Source: Hormiphora californensis
Lineage: Eukaryota > Animalia > Ctenophora
Length of the DNA: 64,000 bases
NCBI GenBank assembly: GCA_020137815.1
Contig: CM035361.1
Span: 2,666,001-2,730,000, forward strand
Direction: 5' to 3'
Below, piece by piece: positions 26,224 through 38,163 of this stretch (positions are counted from its first letter, which is position 1; every line of letters begins with the position of its first letter). The translations under genes were made by a program, and so were the position numbers. The notes under the pieces were generated by a model. It saw nothing but the letters and a program-made list of their open reading frames with translations, ran no database searches and was not told where the DNA came from.

Positions 26224-27250
26224 GGGGGGGTTTTTTTAAAAAAAAACCCCCCCGGGAAAAATTTTTTTTTTTTTCCCTTTTTTATTTGAAGGGAAAAGAG
26301 ATTTTTAAAAAGCTGTACGGTGATTTTGCGGGAGGGGAATTGAAAAATTTTTGAAACAAATTTTTTGTGGATTAAAATAATGTCCAAAATTTTAAGGGGG
26401 TTTTTACTTAAAAAAAACCCTCTTTCCCTTTTTTCTCACTTTTTTTTTATTTCTTTTTCATTTTTCGTCCGGTTTTTTCCATCCATTTTCTTTTCCAAAA
26501 CCCTTTCCCCAGTTCCCCCTCTCCTTCTAAAACTATAGGGGCTACCCCCACAAAAAACCCTCCGGCTTCTAATAAGCTAAGAAAAGGGCTTCTTAGAAAT
26601 TCGTTCTGAGGGGATATGTCTACTATTAGATCTATAACTGTCCAATTTAGGCGCACAAACACTTGGTCCCCTTCAAAATTCTAAAAAACGTACCGGTTTT
26701 ATTTTATGGGGGTCGTAAATTTTTGTAGTAAATTATTACACTCGTTTTGAAGAGGCTCATGCTCACAAAATGATCAAAAATCCCTCCCTTTGGCTCGATA
26801 AAAAGGGGTCCCCTTTAATGTAAATGTGGTAATAGGGGGGTAAAATGTCCATATATATATCTGTCCCCGGGTCATTTTTCCCATATAAAAATGGGAGTAA
26901 TTCGGAGCTAGCTCTAAGCTTGAAGACAATTTTGTCGGCCCAAAAAACGACAAATTTGTCTTCATAAATTATTATTGCGAGGACGTCTTGATCTCATTTA
27001 CTTTAGGAGGATCTGACAGGTTATTTTTTTTTTTTTTTTTTTTTTTTTTGGCCCCCCTTTTTTTTCCCCCTTTTTCCCCCCTTTCCTTTTTTTTTTCCTT
27101 TTTCTCTCTTTTTTTTTTCCCCCCTTTCTTTTTTTTTTCCCCCCTCTCTCTCCCCTCTCCCCTCTTTTCTCTCTCTCTCTTCTCCCCCCCCCCTCTCTCT
27201 CTTCTCCCCATCTTATGTGCCCCGGGTTTTTCAAATATTTTGTATGTGCG
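23177..27250. other. Low-quality, homopolymer-inflated sequence next to the gap
   Basis: Long adjacent A/C/G/T runs and corrupted copies of otherwise clean repeats; similar tracts at ~14340-14960 and ~59770-60010. Confidence 0.8.
24239..24420. repeat. 21-bp minisatellite GGTATCCATGGAGAGGGCTTT (degenerate copies ~24020-24660)
   Basis: About 7 clean tandem copies. Confidence 0.93.
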
Positions 27251-28701
27251 GCTAGAAGTATATTAGTTTTAGATTGACAGTCCTAGAGCTCTACATATAG
27301 AGCTTCGTGCATTATTGTCCTATATAGAGCTTTGTGCATTGCATCAAAATAATTATCTCGCCGAGAGATCTACCTACTATTGTAACCTATGCCTATATTT
27401 TGAATCGTATAAATTCATGACTGGGCTTGTTGGGGCTCACACTTCCTCAACTTAAGACTGGATAGAAGATCTACTTAAGAATGGTATATAGGGGAGGTTT
27501 TTTTATAAGTTTTTAAATAAAAAAGGAATCAGTCAACTAGGCATATGCCCCGTCATTGGAAGGGATTAAAACCTCATTTTCATCTTTGTTTTGGACTTTG
27601 GATAAAGACTTGATTCTGGAAGCAATGGAAGCAACCGGAATTCCGGAATCAAGTCTTTATCTGATCAGAAACTGGAGATATGATCTAACTACCACTGAGA
27701 CCTGAGATCTCGGGTGATGGCTATTTCAGGGAAGTCTCTAAGAAAAAGCCAACAATAACCCTAAGACCTCAGGTATCAGGGTTAAATAGCCGTGACCTGA
27801 ACCTGAGGTTCAGTCACAACTGTTTTCCCCATATGCTGCTGGGCGTAGATTTTGTTTTGCTAAAACTTGGGCGCGGTTAGGGAGGGTTGAGTAAGACAAA
27901 GCTTTTCTTCTCACTATATCGATATGACGTCTCTTTTTTGTATTTGATTTTGTTACAACTTTATCTCTGTATAGTATTTGATTTTGTTGCAGCTATATTG
28001 CAAGCTCTGCAATATGGTACTTGACTTTTTGTTGAGCCACACAGCTACGCAGAGAACTAATAGGGCCATTAGTCATAGTGCTGCAGCAGTTTCAGCTCTA
28101 TATAATAAACCCACGAACACATATTGTTCACAAGTGGTCGTAAGAGGGTGTTGCGTAATTCATCGAGTTCTCACCTTTTTTGGGTCAAATATTTGAAGCT
28201 TGATGGGCCAGACAATATTATCCGCCTCAATGATCCAAGTTTAGTGGTAATGGGCGGCCTGTTGTGCACAATCATGACCTCATTTGGTAATCACACGTTA
28301 TGCGATGGCCAATATATAACACTGGAAAGTACTCTGAGCGGTGTTGTAGTGTCAGTGTTGTAGGGTGTTGAGATTGATAATCATTCACAGCTGAGACAAC
28401 ATTACGTGATTGATCTTAAGTTTTATGGCCTCTGCAGAGCTCTGAAATCATCGACAGACAAGCTATATAACGTCGTTACCGTTCTGAGTTTGCTACGCTA
28501 GATTTAGATTACAATACATATCTCATACAAACACAATTAATGATATTTTTAGCTTTCGATTTTTCATCATTGAACCATGCAGTACGCTATACAGTTGGCC
28601 ACATTAAGATACCTGAGTGAGATCGACGTCGCGCACGACTGAGATCGATCTCACATATAGCGAGAATAGGTTGCAATGGAGCCAAGCTATATGTAATAGC
28701 C

Positions 28702-29374
28702 TATATAGTACATAACGTTCTGCACGCAGTGCAAGCGCGCCATATACGCTCTGCACTGCAGAGCGTATATGGAGGTGAAATGCACGACAGCGCAGCTGGA
28801 GTGCATTTCACACCTATATTGCACGAGTGAAACGAGTGCGATATAGGAGCGATTGCACATACCGTGCAGGACGTTATTGAGTATATATTCCGCGAGAAAA
28901 CACATGACAAGCAAAACAATCATAATTTTGGGTGATTACACACAGAGAGATGTGACAAAACAAGGCACAAACTAAGCAAAAACACACAAAAAGATACTAT
29001 GAGACACTACTACACCGGTTACACACAAGGGAGACAAGGTCTGATAGTTTGAAACAGTCAAAAGAAGAGAGAGATAAAGAGAGAGATGCGAGAGAGGGAG
29101 ATTGGAATTCTTGGAAATAGCAAACAACAAAACGTGACAAGGGGATAATTAGTGAGAGAAAGAGGGAGAGTGAGTGTAATTTGACAGACTTTGTGTCGTG
29201 TAGTACCTTGTCAGTCATATTCTGTGTGTTTGTGTGTGAATAAGGTGTAAAAACACTTTTCTCACTTATATCCCGCTACCTCTATATCTGCACGCTCCCG
29301 CGGAAGCACAGTGCATATTTCAGCGTGCAAATGGTCGCGCACAGCGGGAGTGATATGTGCACTCGCGGTATATA
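28702..29374 (+). mobile_element. ~675-bp non-coding element with A-A'-B-B' layout (family 2, copy 1)
   Basis: Starts TATATAGTACATAACGTTCTGCACG, ends CTCGCGGTATATA; homologous copy at 62988-63666. Confidence 0.85.
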
Positions 29375-29626
29375 TATATCCTAAGACACACAGCTCACAG
29401 CTCACGATTGCATAATGGCAATATCATGGGATATTATTATACAACTCTCACATGGATAGGAGCTGATAGAATGCCGTATATTGCGGTTCATCTTTAAAAT
29501 GATATTGTACCTTGCTTGGGTATACGTTGTCTTGCTTTCATGATGATGGGTGCGTGTCGAACCCAAACACATATATGATCATCACATCAACCCACCTGAT
29601 CTTTATAACCTCCCACATATATCAAC

Positions 29627-29731
29627 CCACTGAATCAAGGTATTATACTGGTCCCTGATTGGCTGATAACCAGTCACGTGACCTAAATAACGAATTCCAA
29701 TTGGTTGTTTACTTGATTCGGTCGGTTCCTG
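29627..29731. mobile_element. hAT-type MITE, degenerate left end (copy 5)
   Basis: Body and right TIR match the family; atatcaac on both flanks. Confidence 0.75.
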
Positions 29732-29948
29732 ATATCAACCCAACCCCTTTATAACACATTTGTATGGACCACACTGGATAATGTGGATTCAGTGTATTTT
29801 AATGGGGCTAGCACCTTGTATTGTTGGTGATTGAAACATATACAGAGGATGGTCATTGCTGATATATTTATCATTGTACAAGAGCTAAGAATTATGGATT
29901 ATGTCAGCATCAACTACTCATGTAGTAAATAACATGTTGGAATACTCC

Positions 29949-30021
29949 AGCGGGTTAGCTCAATAGGTAGAGCAATGGACGCGAAACCCAGAGGTTGTCG
30001 GTTCGAGCCCGGCCCTCGCCA
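29949..30021 (+). tRNA. Degenerate tRNA (pseudo-tRNA or SINE head), nominal anticodon CGA
   Basis: A box TAGCTCAATAGG, D stem GCTC/GAGC, B box GGTTCGAGCCC, T stem GTCGG/CCGGC, downstream T run; mismatches in acceptor and anticodon stems and G at position 33. Confidence 0.7.
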
Positions 30022-30288
30022 GATATTTTTCTAATTTTCCTCCCTATTTAATCCTGAACAAGATCTCATCATTGGAATAATCCAGCATTCCAATTAGTTA
30101 TTCATTTCTTTATAGCTGTGTGTTCATGTTATATCTGATCTGAGTTAAACGATAGTTGGGACTATCATGGGCGAAATATAGTAGTGCCATAACTTAGCTT
30201 ATTGTTTATTCCCCAAAATCTCAGTGATCGGAGCTGATACCAGTCTCGTAGGTCCGTCTTTAATCCATCTGTAGCAGTTTGATTATCT

Positions 30289-32212
30289 GAGATTAAATCC
30301 CCTTATCTCTTAGAAAATCCTAGCTTAAATCCCTTTATCTCTTAGAAAGTCCTAGCTTAAATCCCAGCTTATCCCTTAGAAAGTCCTAGCTTAAATCCCA
30401 GCTTATCCCTTAGAAAGTCCTAGCTTAAATCCCTTTATCTCTTAGAAAGTCCTAGCTTAAATCCCAGCTTATCCCTTAGAAAGTCCTAGCTTAAATCCCC
30501 TTATCTCTTAGAAAGTCCTAGCTTAAATCCCCTTATCTCTTAGAAAGTCCTAGATTAAATCCCCTTATCTCTTAGAAAATCCTAGCTTAAATCCCTTTAT
30601 CTCTTAGAAAGTCCTAGCTTAAATCCCCTTATCCCTTAGAAAGTCCTAGCTTAAATCCCCTTATCTCTTAGAAAGTCCTTGCTTAAATCCCCTTTATCTC
30701 TTAGAAAGTCCTAGATTAAATCCCCTTATCTCTTAGAAAGTCCTATATTAAATCCCCTTATCTCTTAGAAAGTCCTAGATTAAATCCCCTTATCTCTTAG
30801 AAAGCCCTATATTAAATCCCCTTATCTCTTAGAAAGTCCTAACTTAAGTCCCATTATCTCTTAGAAAGTCCTAGCTTAAATCCCTTATCTCTTAGAAAGC
30901 CCTAGCTTAAATCCCCTTATCTCTTAGAAAGTCCTAGTTTAAATCCCTTATCTCTTAGAAAGTCCTAGCTTAAATCCCCTTATCTCTTCGAAAGTCCTTG
31001 CTTAAATCCCCATATCTCTTAGAAAGTCGTAGCTTAAATCCTTTATCTCTTAGAAAGTCCTAGCTTAAATCCCCTTATCTCTTAGAAAGTCCTAGCTTAA
31101 ATCCCCTTATCTCATAGAAAGTCGTAGCTTAAATCCCCTTATCTCTTAGAAAGTCCTAGCTTAAATCCCCTTATCTATTAGAAAGTCCTAGCTTAAATCC
31201 CCTTATCTCTTAGAAAGTCCTAGCTCAAATCCCCTTATCCCTTAGAAAGTCCTAGCTCAAATCCCCTTATCTCTTAGAAAGTCCTAGCTTAAATCCCCTT
31301 ATCTATTAGAAAGTCATAGCTAAAATCCCTTATCTCTTAGAAAGTCCTAGCTCAAATCCCCTTATCTCTTAGAAAGTCCTAGCTTAAATTCCCTTATCTC
31401 TTAGAAAGTCCTAGCATAAATTCCTTATCTCTTAGAAACTCCACGCCTAAATCCCCTTATCTCTTACAAAGTCCTAGCTTAAATCCCTTATCTCCTAGAA
31501 AGTCCTAGCTTAAATCCCTTTATCTCTTAGAAAGTCCTAGTTTAAATCCCTTTTCTCTTAGAAAGTCCTAGCTTAAATCCCCTTATCTCTTAGAAAGTCC
31601 TAGCTTAAATCCCCTTATCTCTAGAAAGTCCTAGCTTAAATCCCCTTATCTCTTAGAAAGTCCTAGCTTAAATCCCCTTATCTCTTAGAAAGTCCTAGCT
31701 TAAATCCCTTATCTCTTAGAAAGTCCTAGCTTAAATCCCCTTATCTCTTAGAAAGTCCTAGCTTAAATCCCCTTATCCCTTAGAAAGTCCTAGCTCAAAT
31801 CCCCTTATCTCTTAGAAAGTCCTAGCTTAAATCCCCTTATCTCTTAGAAAGTCCTAGCTTAAATTCCCCTTATCTCTTAGAAAGTCCTAGCTTAAATCCC
31901 TTATCTCTTAGAAAGTCCTAGCTTAAATCCCTTATCTCTTAGAAAGTCCTAGCTTAAATCCCCTTATCTCTTAGAAAGTCCTAGCTTAAATCCCCTTATC
32001 TCTTAGAAAGTCCTAGCTTAAATCTCCTTATCTCTTAGAAAGTCCTAGCTTAAATCCCCTTATCTCTTAGAAAGTCCTAGCTTAAATCCCCTTATCTCTT
32101 AGAAAGTCCTAGCTTAAATCCCTTATCTCTTAGAAAGTCCTAGCTTAAATCCCCTTATCTCTTAGAAAGTCCTAGCTTAAATCCCCTTATCTCTTAGAAA
32201 GTTCCTAGCTTA
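30289..32212. repeat. Tandem satellite, 32-bp unit CTTAAATCCCCTTATCTCTTAGAAAGTCCTAG, about 60 copies
   Basis: Direct reading; contiguous units, no unique spacers. Confidence 0.97.
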
Positions 32213-33362
32213 ATATCTAACAATTCCCTAGCAATGTCATATATAATACAGCAGCTCTAATTTAATTTGATACAATATGTCTTCGTGAGGCTTGGACTCC
32301 TGTGAAATGTAGGGATGACGATAGTTGGTCAGTTTGAGATTGACAATGATAGGCTGGAAAATCTGAGACGCAAATTATTGGAATATCGTCTAGAGTACCA
32401 ACGAAAACTCCGGGTAAGGATACACATTTTTCTTTTTCTTCTTTTTCGTTATTAAGGAGGAAAACAGTTGTGCCTGAACCTGAAAGGATGTTCTATTCAG
32501 TATAATGCAAACCTCAGGTCAAGATCATGCAGGTATTATTTTGACTATTAGAGACCTGAGGTTTCAGGGTTCAGTGCATGCCGACACCTGAAACTGCGGT
32601 TTAAAAACAAATATTTTCCCATAATTTGAACTGTATAATTCCCCTTGTAAATTAGTAAAAACGACACTCGTTTAAAGTTCATATAAAAAATAATTAATTA
32701 ACACTACCCCCAGGAATTAATTTCTTCCACTACCCCCAGGAATTAATTTCTTCCACTATACCCCCAGGAAAAGGAAGCAGGTAGGATGGGTATTGAATTA
32801 TCAACTACATCAGCTGTGTTGACCTGTAGTACTGGACACAGTGTTGACTCAACCGCATCAGGCAGTCAAACAGGTAAATTGGTGGGGGGGGGGGAAATAG
32901 TCAAGCGCCCGAGACTTCAGGTTCAGGTCATGGCTATAATTTACCAGCTGAGACTATAATACTATTAAGTATAATACTATGTACTAAGTATATAATATAA
33001 TTCTTGGCTATTCTTGGCTATTTCCTGAAATCTCAAGGAAAAGCCGCGCCGTCACGTTACCATGCGATCTCATGTCTCATTTCTTGGGTCCATTACTTGT
33101 TCGTCTGCACAATTTGAAAGATTCATTTTCTTTTCAGGGGAGGAATCCGGTCCCTTCATCAAGTATGGAGATGATTCATTTAATGAACGGATTTTACCAA
33201 AATTACCAACTACTAAGGTATTTTTATTTTGTTAAAAGTAGTATTGTTGTAGTTTAATAATTTATTGTTTCTAGAGAAAATATTTTGATTATTTGTTAGC
33301 TACTAATTATATCCAGGGAGTGTGGTTGAGTATTCTATGGAAAGAGAGAGCGAGAGAGAGAT

Positions 33363-33399
<37 letters not shown>

Positions 33400-33439
33400 A
33401 GAGGAGAGAGGAGAGAGAGAGAGAGAGAGAGAGATAGCG

Positions 33440-33474
<35 letters not shown>

Positions 33475-33592
33475 TGCAGAATGTTCAACATCAAGAAATG
33501 ATCACCACAGAGTACTACCGCGTGTTGTGGTGGTGCTGTCTTTTGTTTGAAATATTAATACGAAACTCAATGATATTGGGAGAGAGGTGAGC

Positions 33593-33626
<34 letters not shown>

Positions 33627-34675
33627 TAGAGGGGAAGATAGCGATAGAAACAGAGATTCTATGGAACCTCTCCTATTGAGAGGGATGGGCGGCATAACAC
33701 GTGTTCTGACTGTTCTCGAATACCTTCTTCAACTACATCTGGAGCATTATACTAGCACACACCCACTTTCGCATGTGAATTATTCATGACTTTAATTTCT
33801 TAATTGCTCCCTCATTTCACATGTGATCATGTATACGTGCTGGGTGTGACTTGTTCTGTGCAGTACGTGTCTGATGATTTAAATCATGGTCTGATACTGG
33901 TCAGTTCATCATCTACATTTTCTGAAACTGGTTAAATTGTTTTTATCACACCATTGGAGGGATTCAATTTTAATAAATGCACCTTGTCTTGTTCGAGCCT
34001 CCCTGATCCCGCCCCCACCTTGGGTAGCTTTATCTTCCATCTACCTTGTGTACATAATATGATGCTGCAACAGCTCGCTAAAAGGAGTCCTATATGTAGG
34101 TTGATGACGTAGGCACTTAATTATGAAAACTGGGTGCAATATATTTACTGCATGTGTGTCCGACTCCTATCTAATATCGCTCACTAACTTGATCAGTCTG
34201 ATTGGCATTTATATAGCGTTCCGTAACGGGGCGTTTCCAGGTATTCCAATTTCTCGATGCATATAACATCTTACGATAAATGATGTTTCTATCTTTTTTA
34301 TCTCCATATTCTGTTGAATTCTCTCTATCTCCCGACTCTCCCCCTCTCGGCTCTCCTTTTCTTTCCCTCTCTATCTCTCTCCTTATCTCAATTACTCATC
34401 CCTCTCTCTCTGCATCTCTCGAGAGATCGCTGTCTGTACAAGCTTATCCTTCAAGATTTATATCTATCCCTCCAAGCTGCTGAGATCGGATAATATTGTA
34501 TCTTGAATTGTTCGTGGTCAATATATCGATGCTCTCTATCTCTTTCTCTCTATCTCTCCATCTCTCTCTATCTCTCTCTCTTTCTCTCTCTTCCTCTCTC
34601 TATGACGACTGACGTGTTCGAGGATTGGTCTCACCATTAACCAACTGCCAGCATAGACATTGAGGTGGAGTGAGA

Positions 34676-34753
<78 letters not shown>

Positions 34754-36982
34754 TAGAGAGAGAGAGAAAGAGATAGAGAGAGAGAGTGAGAGTGAGAATT
34801 CCTACGATCTGCCATTAACACTTTAAGCAAACTCAAATGCTGTTGCAGTTCTAGAACTAGAGAGCCTAAAATTTCCAGCATTTAAGCATTTAAAATGCTG
34901 CATTTTATAATTTGCAGTAAAGAGTTTATAATGTCGCTACTATAAATAGGATATTTATGATCGAGACGTCATCAATTGATCGCCCACGAATTTGAATCTA
35001 TCAGTTGTTTAAATCTTTTTGATTTATTTTGATGTATAACAGTCGGAACCCGATTTACTATGATTTTGCCCTTTTATAGTTAATAGGCGTTGGTCTTCCA
35101 AGCGCCCTTTTCTTTGTAGATACATTAAAAATTTCAAATAAAATCATCAAAGGGACAAACAAAATAATTAAAATTCAGACAGCAGAGGGAGAAAGCTTTT
35201 TGGAGAGTAAGAGAGTGAGAATACAAGAAAGAGATAATGTTGGATTGTGATCTACATAGAGAGAGGGAGAGAGATAAAAAATACAGAGAGAGAGGAAGTT
35301 ATTTAATTGCTGTACAACAACAATGAGCGCGACTAATGAGAGAGAAAGAGAAAACAATTTTGAAAGCTCTGGCAACATCTGTTAATGACTGTTATTTTGC
35401 TTTGCTAAAATTCCGTAGTGCCATATTATGCCGTTTTGATTTTGTATGTTACTTTTCTAGCTCTAGTTTCTTGTCGTTTTGATTAGCTATAAAAACAATA
35501 GATTAGTAATTTCAGGAACCACAATTCGATTCTCCTTTTATAAAAAAATATATAAGTGTAGTTGCAAATTTCAGATTTAGTTTACTTTCTAAATTTAATA
35601 TTTTTTTTCTCGATTCCGCGCCGCCAGTATTCCTGTATAATACGTCAGAACAGGAAGCTACATACTATATGCGTCACAATAGCATATTTATTGTAATATG
35701 TAAATGCATTTTGCAAGTGGTTATAATGCCAAATTTTTCTTCTTCTTTCCCTCTATTTTTCTATGCTATGTGGCCTTATATTGTGATGTCAGAGGTAAAG
35801 AGCTCAACTAGTTTATATAGTCATTAGTTTTAATATTTCACACTCATCCAACACGTCTCCAGCTGGCCAGTTGTTCAATAGTGCAAAAGTGTCCCTTATT
35901 TTCGTATTGTTTGTCCCCTTAACAATGTCTGTCTTTAGTCGCAATGATGTAATGCGAGGTTGTATAGATTTCATATATCATATTTGGACACCATGGTGTG
36001 TACCATTCATTTCTCTTTTGCTCTGCTACTGAGAGGCTATAGGGGGTTCTCATTCCTCAAGGGGGTTCCCAAGGGGTGCTGAAACATCTCAAAATCGTAA
36101 ATTTAGTTTCCGATTCACACTAAACTCACTATCTATAATGATGTTAATGATTCAGAATAAAGAGATCTGAGCAAGAATTAAATAGGGAAGAAAATCGAAA
36201 AAATACTGGGTTTGAACCACTAAGCTACCAAACCCCTGGTACTGATCATATTTCTTCACTCTATATTTAAGCACATGCCCTTAGCTATGATGTTAATGAT
36301 GTTAATTGCTATCTATAATGATGTTAATGATGTTAATTGCTCTGTGTTGATGATCATGACTGTTCAGGGCAATTTCGATAGTAGACCTGCCATGCAGACT
36401 GTCAGTCTCTCTCTCTAACTAGACTTCCAGAGAAAGTGGGAGAAATTAGAGTGAATAAGTAAGAGAAGGAGAAAGATAGAAAGATAGCGATAGAAAGATA
36501 GGGAGATAGATGAACAAGATCAGATCATGATTTTGCGACAGACAATATACACACACACAGTTAATAGTGCATGTTTTACAGTCGGCTATTATAATGTACG
36601 TGTATGATTTGCACTGCTAACTATCTTATAACCCCTCTTGTTACCTACACTTTAAAAATTGTTTTCGTTGGCTTCCTTGTTATTGTTATTAGCTGTACTT
36701 GTGTAGTGAGAGAAACAGCATTCAAAAAACTGTTTCTCCGCTGCAATTGGGCCACTATTATTAAGTTATAGAACATCTGAATATTGATCTTATTGACTAG
36801 CTGAATCCAAGTATCCATCCTCCATTTCATATTTCAACTGTCATATTATGGAGTTGATGGTGTTTGAAACGCCTAAGAAATACGCATCACTCTCGCCTAT
36901 TTTGTATGTGTAATTGATTCTACGCGGTGTCTGCGCATCGATTATAGCCCGCGAGAGAGAGAGATATTAAGAGTTAGAAAGA

Positions 36983-37063
<81 letters not shown>

Positions 37064-37064
37064 G

Positions 37065-37108
<44 letters not shown>

Positions 37109-37444
37109 AGAGATAGAGAGAGAGAGAGAGAGATCTCGCTGTTCCACGCTCTCCTACGCATACGATGATCATGGTCATGTGTGCTTACGTATGTTGGATA
37201 TTAGTTCATTTTTACTACACTGCCTATTAGATTCCCATTTTCTCTCTCTCCGCCGAGCGAGAGAGCGAGAGCGAGCGCGCGAGAGCTCTACGCATACAGC
37301 GCCGGGAGAAGAGCTTCGCGAGAGAGAGAAGAGATCTGCTGACTCTTCCTAGATGAGAGCTCTCGCTATTCTCTCTCTTCTCTTCTCATCGCTAGATCTC
37401 CTCTTCTATCTCTCTCTCTCTCCTCTCTCTCTCTATCTCTCTCT

Positions 37445-37492
<48 letters not shown>

Positions 37493-38163
37493 CCTGCTCA
37501 TTTCCTATGATCCGTCCATTTGTCGTCCGTTAATACTTAACGTTCATCTCCGTTCATTTTCAACTGTATAATTGGATCAGCTAGGTCTCAGCTCCTCCTT
37601 CATTTAACGCGATAGTTTCATCTGTGTGAAGAATTTTGTACATTTAGCAAATGTGAAATTATGGTAAATGTCATTTACCATAATTTCACAATTTGAATCT
37701 TGCTCAGATCTCATATTCAGAATAATTTCGCAATTGTTGCACAATTATTTCGAAATAATTGCAGCATTAACTAAGCTACTCCCCGCGGCAATATATATTC
37801 TTCTAGACTAGCATGTACATTTTGTAATTATTGTACTTGGACCGGACAGTCTACAATTTGTCGAGCTATTAAAGAGGCTATAACGGGTCCCACTAATATA
37901 ATGTCTCTATAAGCTACCATTATATGTACTTAGTCCGCATCTTTTTCACTTTTGACATCGCCCCTTCTGTCAATTCATTGATTCAGTACCACTTTATATC
38001 GTTGTTTATCTTGTCAATGGCCCTTTTTTTGCTCATTGATCATGATGAACATTTAGTTTCACCAATCTTATCAAAACAAACCAAATAAATCTTTATAACT
38101 ACAGCTATCCTTATTTTACAAGTTAAAACAAGCTAATCTAATAACTTCTACAATGCAGCCAGT

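Larger units (their letters stand above)
25440..33217 (+). pseudogene. Degraded or error-laden multi-exon membrane protein gene, possibly a rhodopsin-class GPCR
   Basis: Clean in-phase 3' exons ending at 32413 (EIDNDRLENLRRKLLEYRLEYQRKLR), 32768-32873 and 33138-33217; upstream hydrophobic fragments with stops or frameshifts (LFGVIGVHSFVTTYIIYL ~25510, CIIVLYRALCIA ~27310, YIASSAIWYLTF ~27995, LYGPHWIMWIQCILMG ~29760). Confidence 0.3.

Noticed and set aside
23384-27266. Cluster of Lys/Phe/Gly/Pro-rich ORFs
   Set aside because: Homopolymer-inflated low-quality sequence and a 21-bp minisatellite beside the gap.
28687-28923. Cys-rich ORFs duplicated at 62921-63209
   Set aside because: They lie in the palindromic left part of the family-2 repeat, have no ATG start and end differently in the two copies.
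29949-30021. Functional tRNA-Ser(CGA)
   Set aside because: Lacks the long variable arm of tRNA-Ser, lacks U33, and has stem mismatches.
30289-32212. CRISPR-like array of ~32-bp repeats
   Set aside because: Units are contiguous with no unique spacers, there are no cas genes, and the context is eukaryotic.
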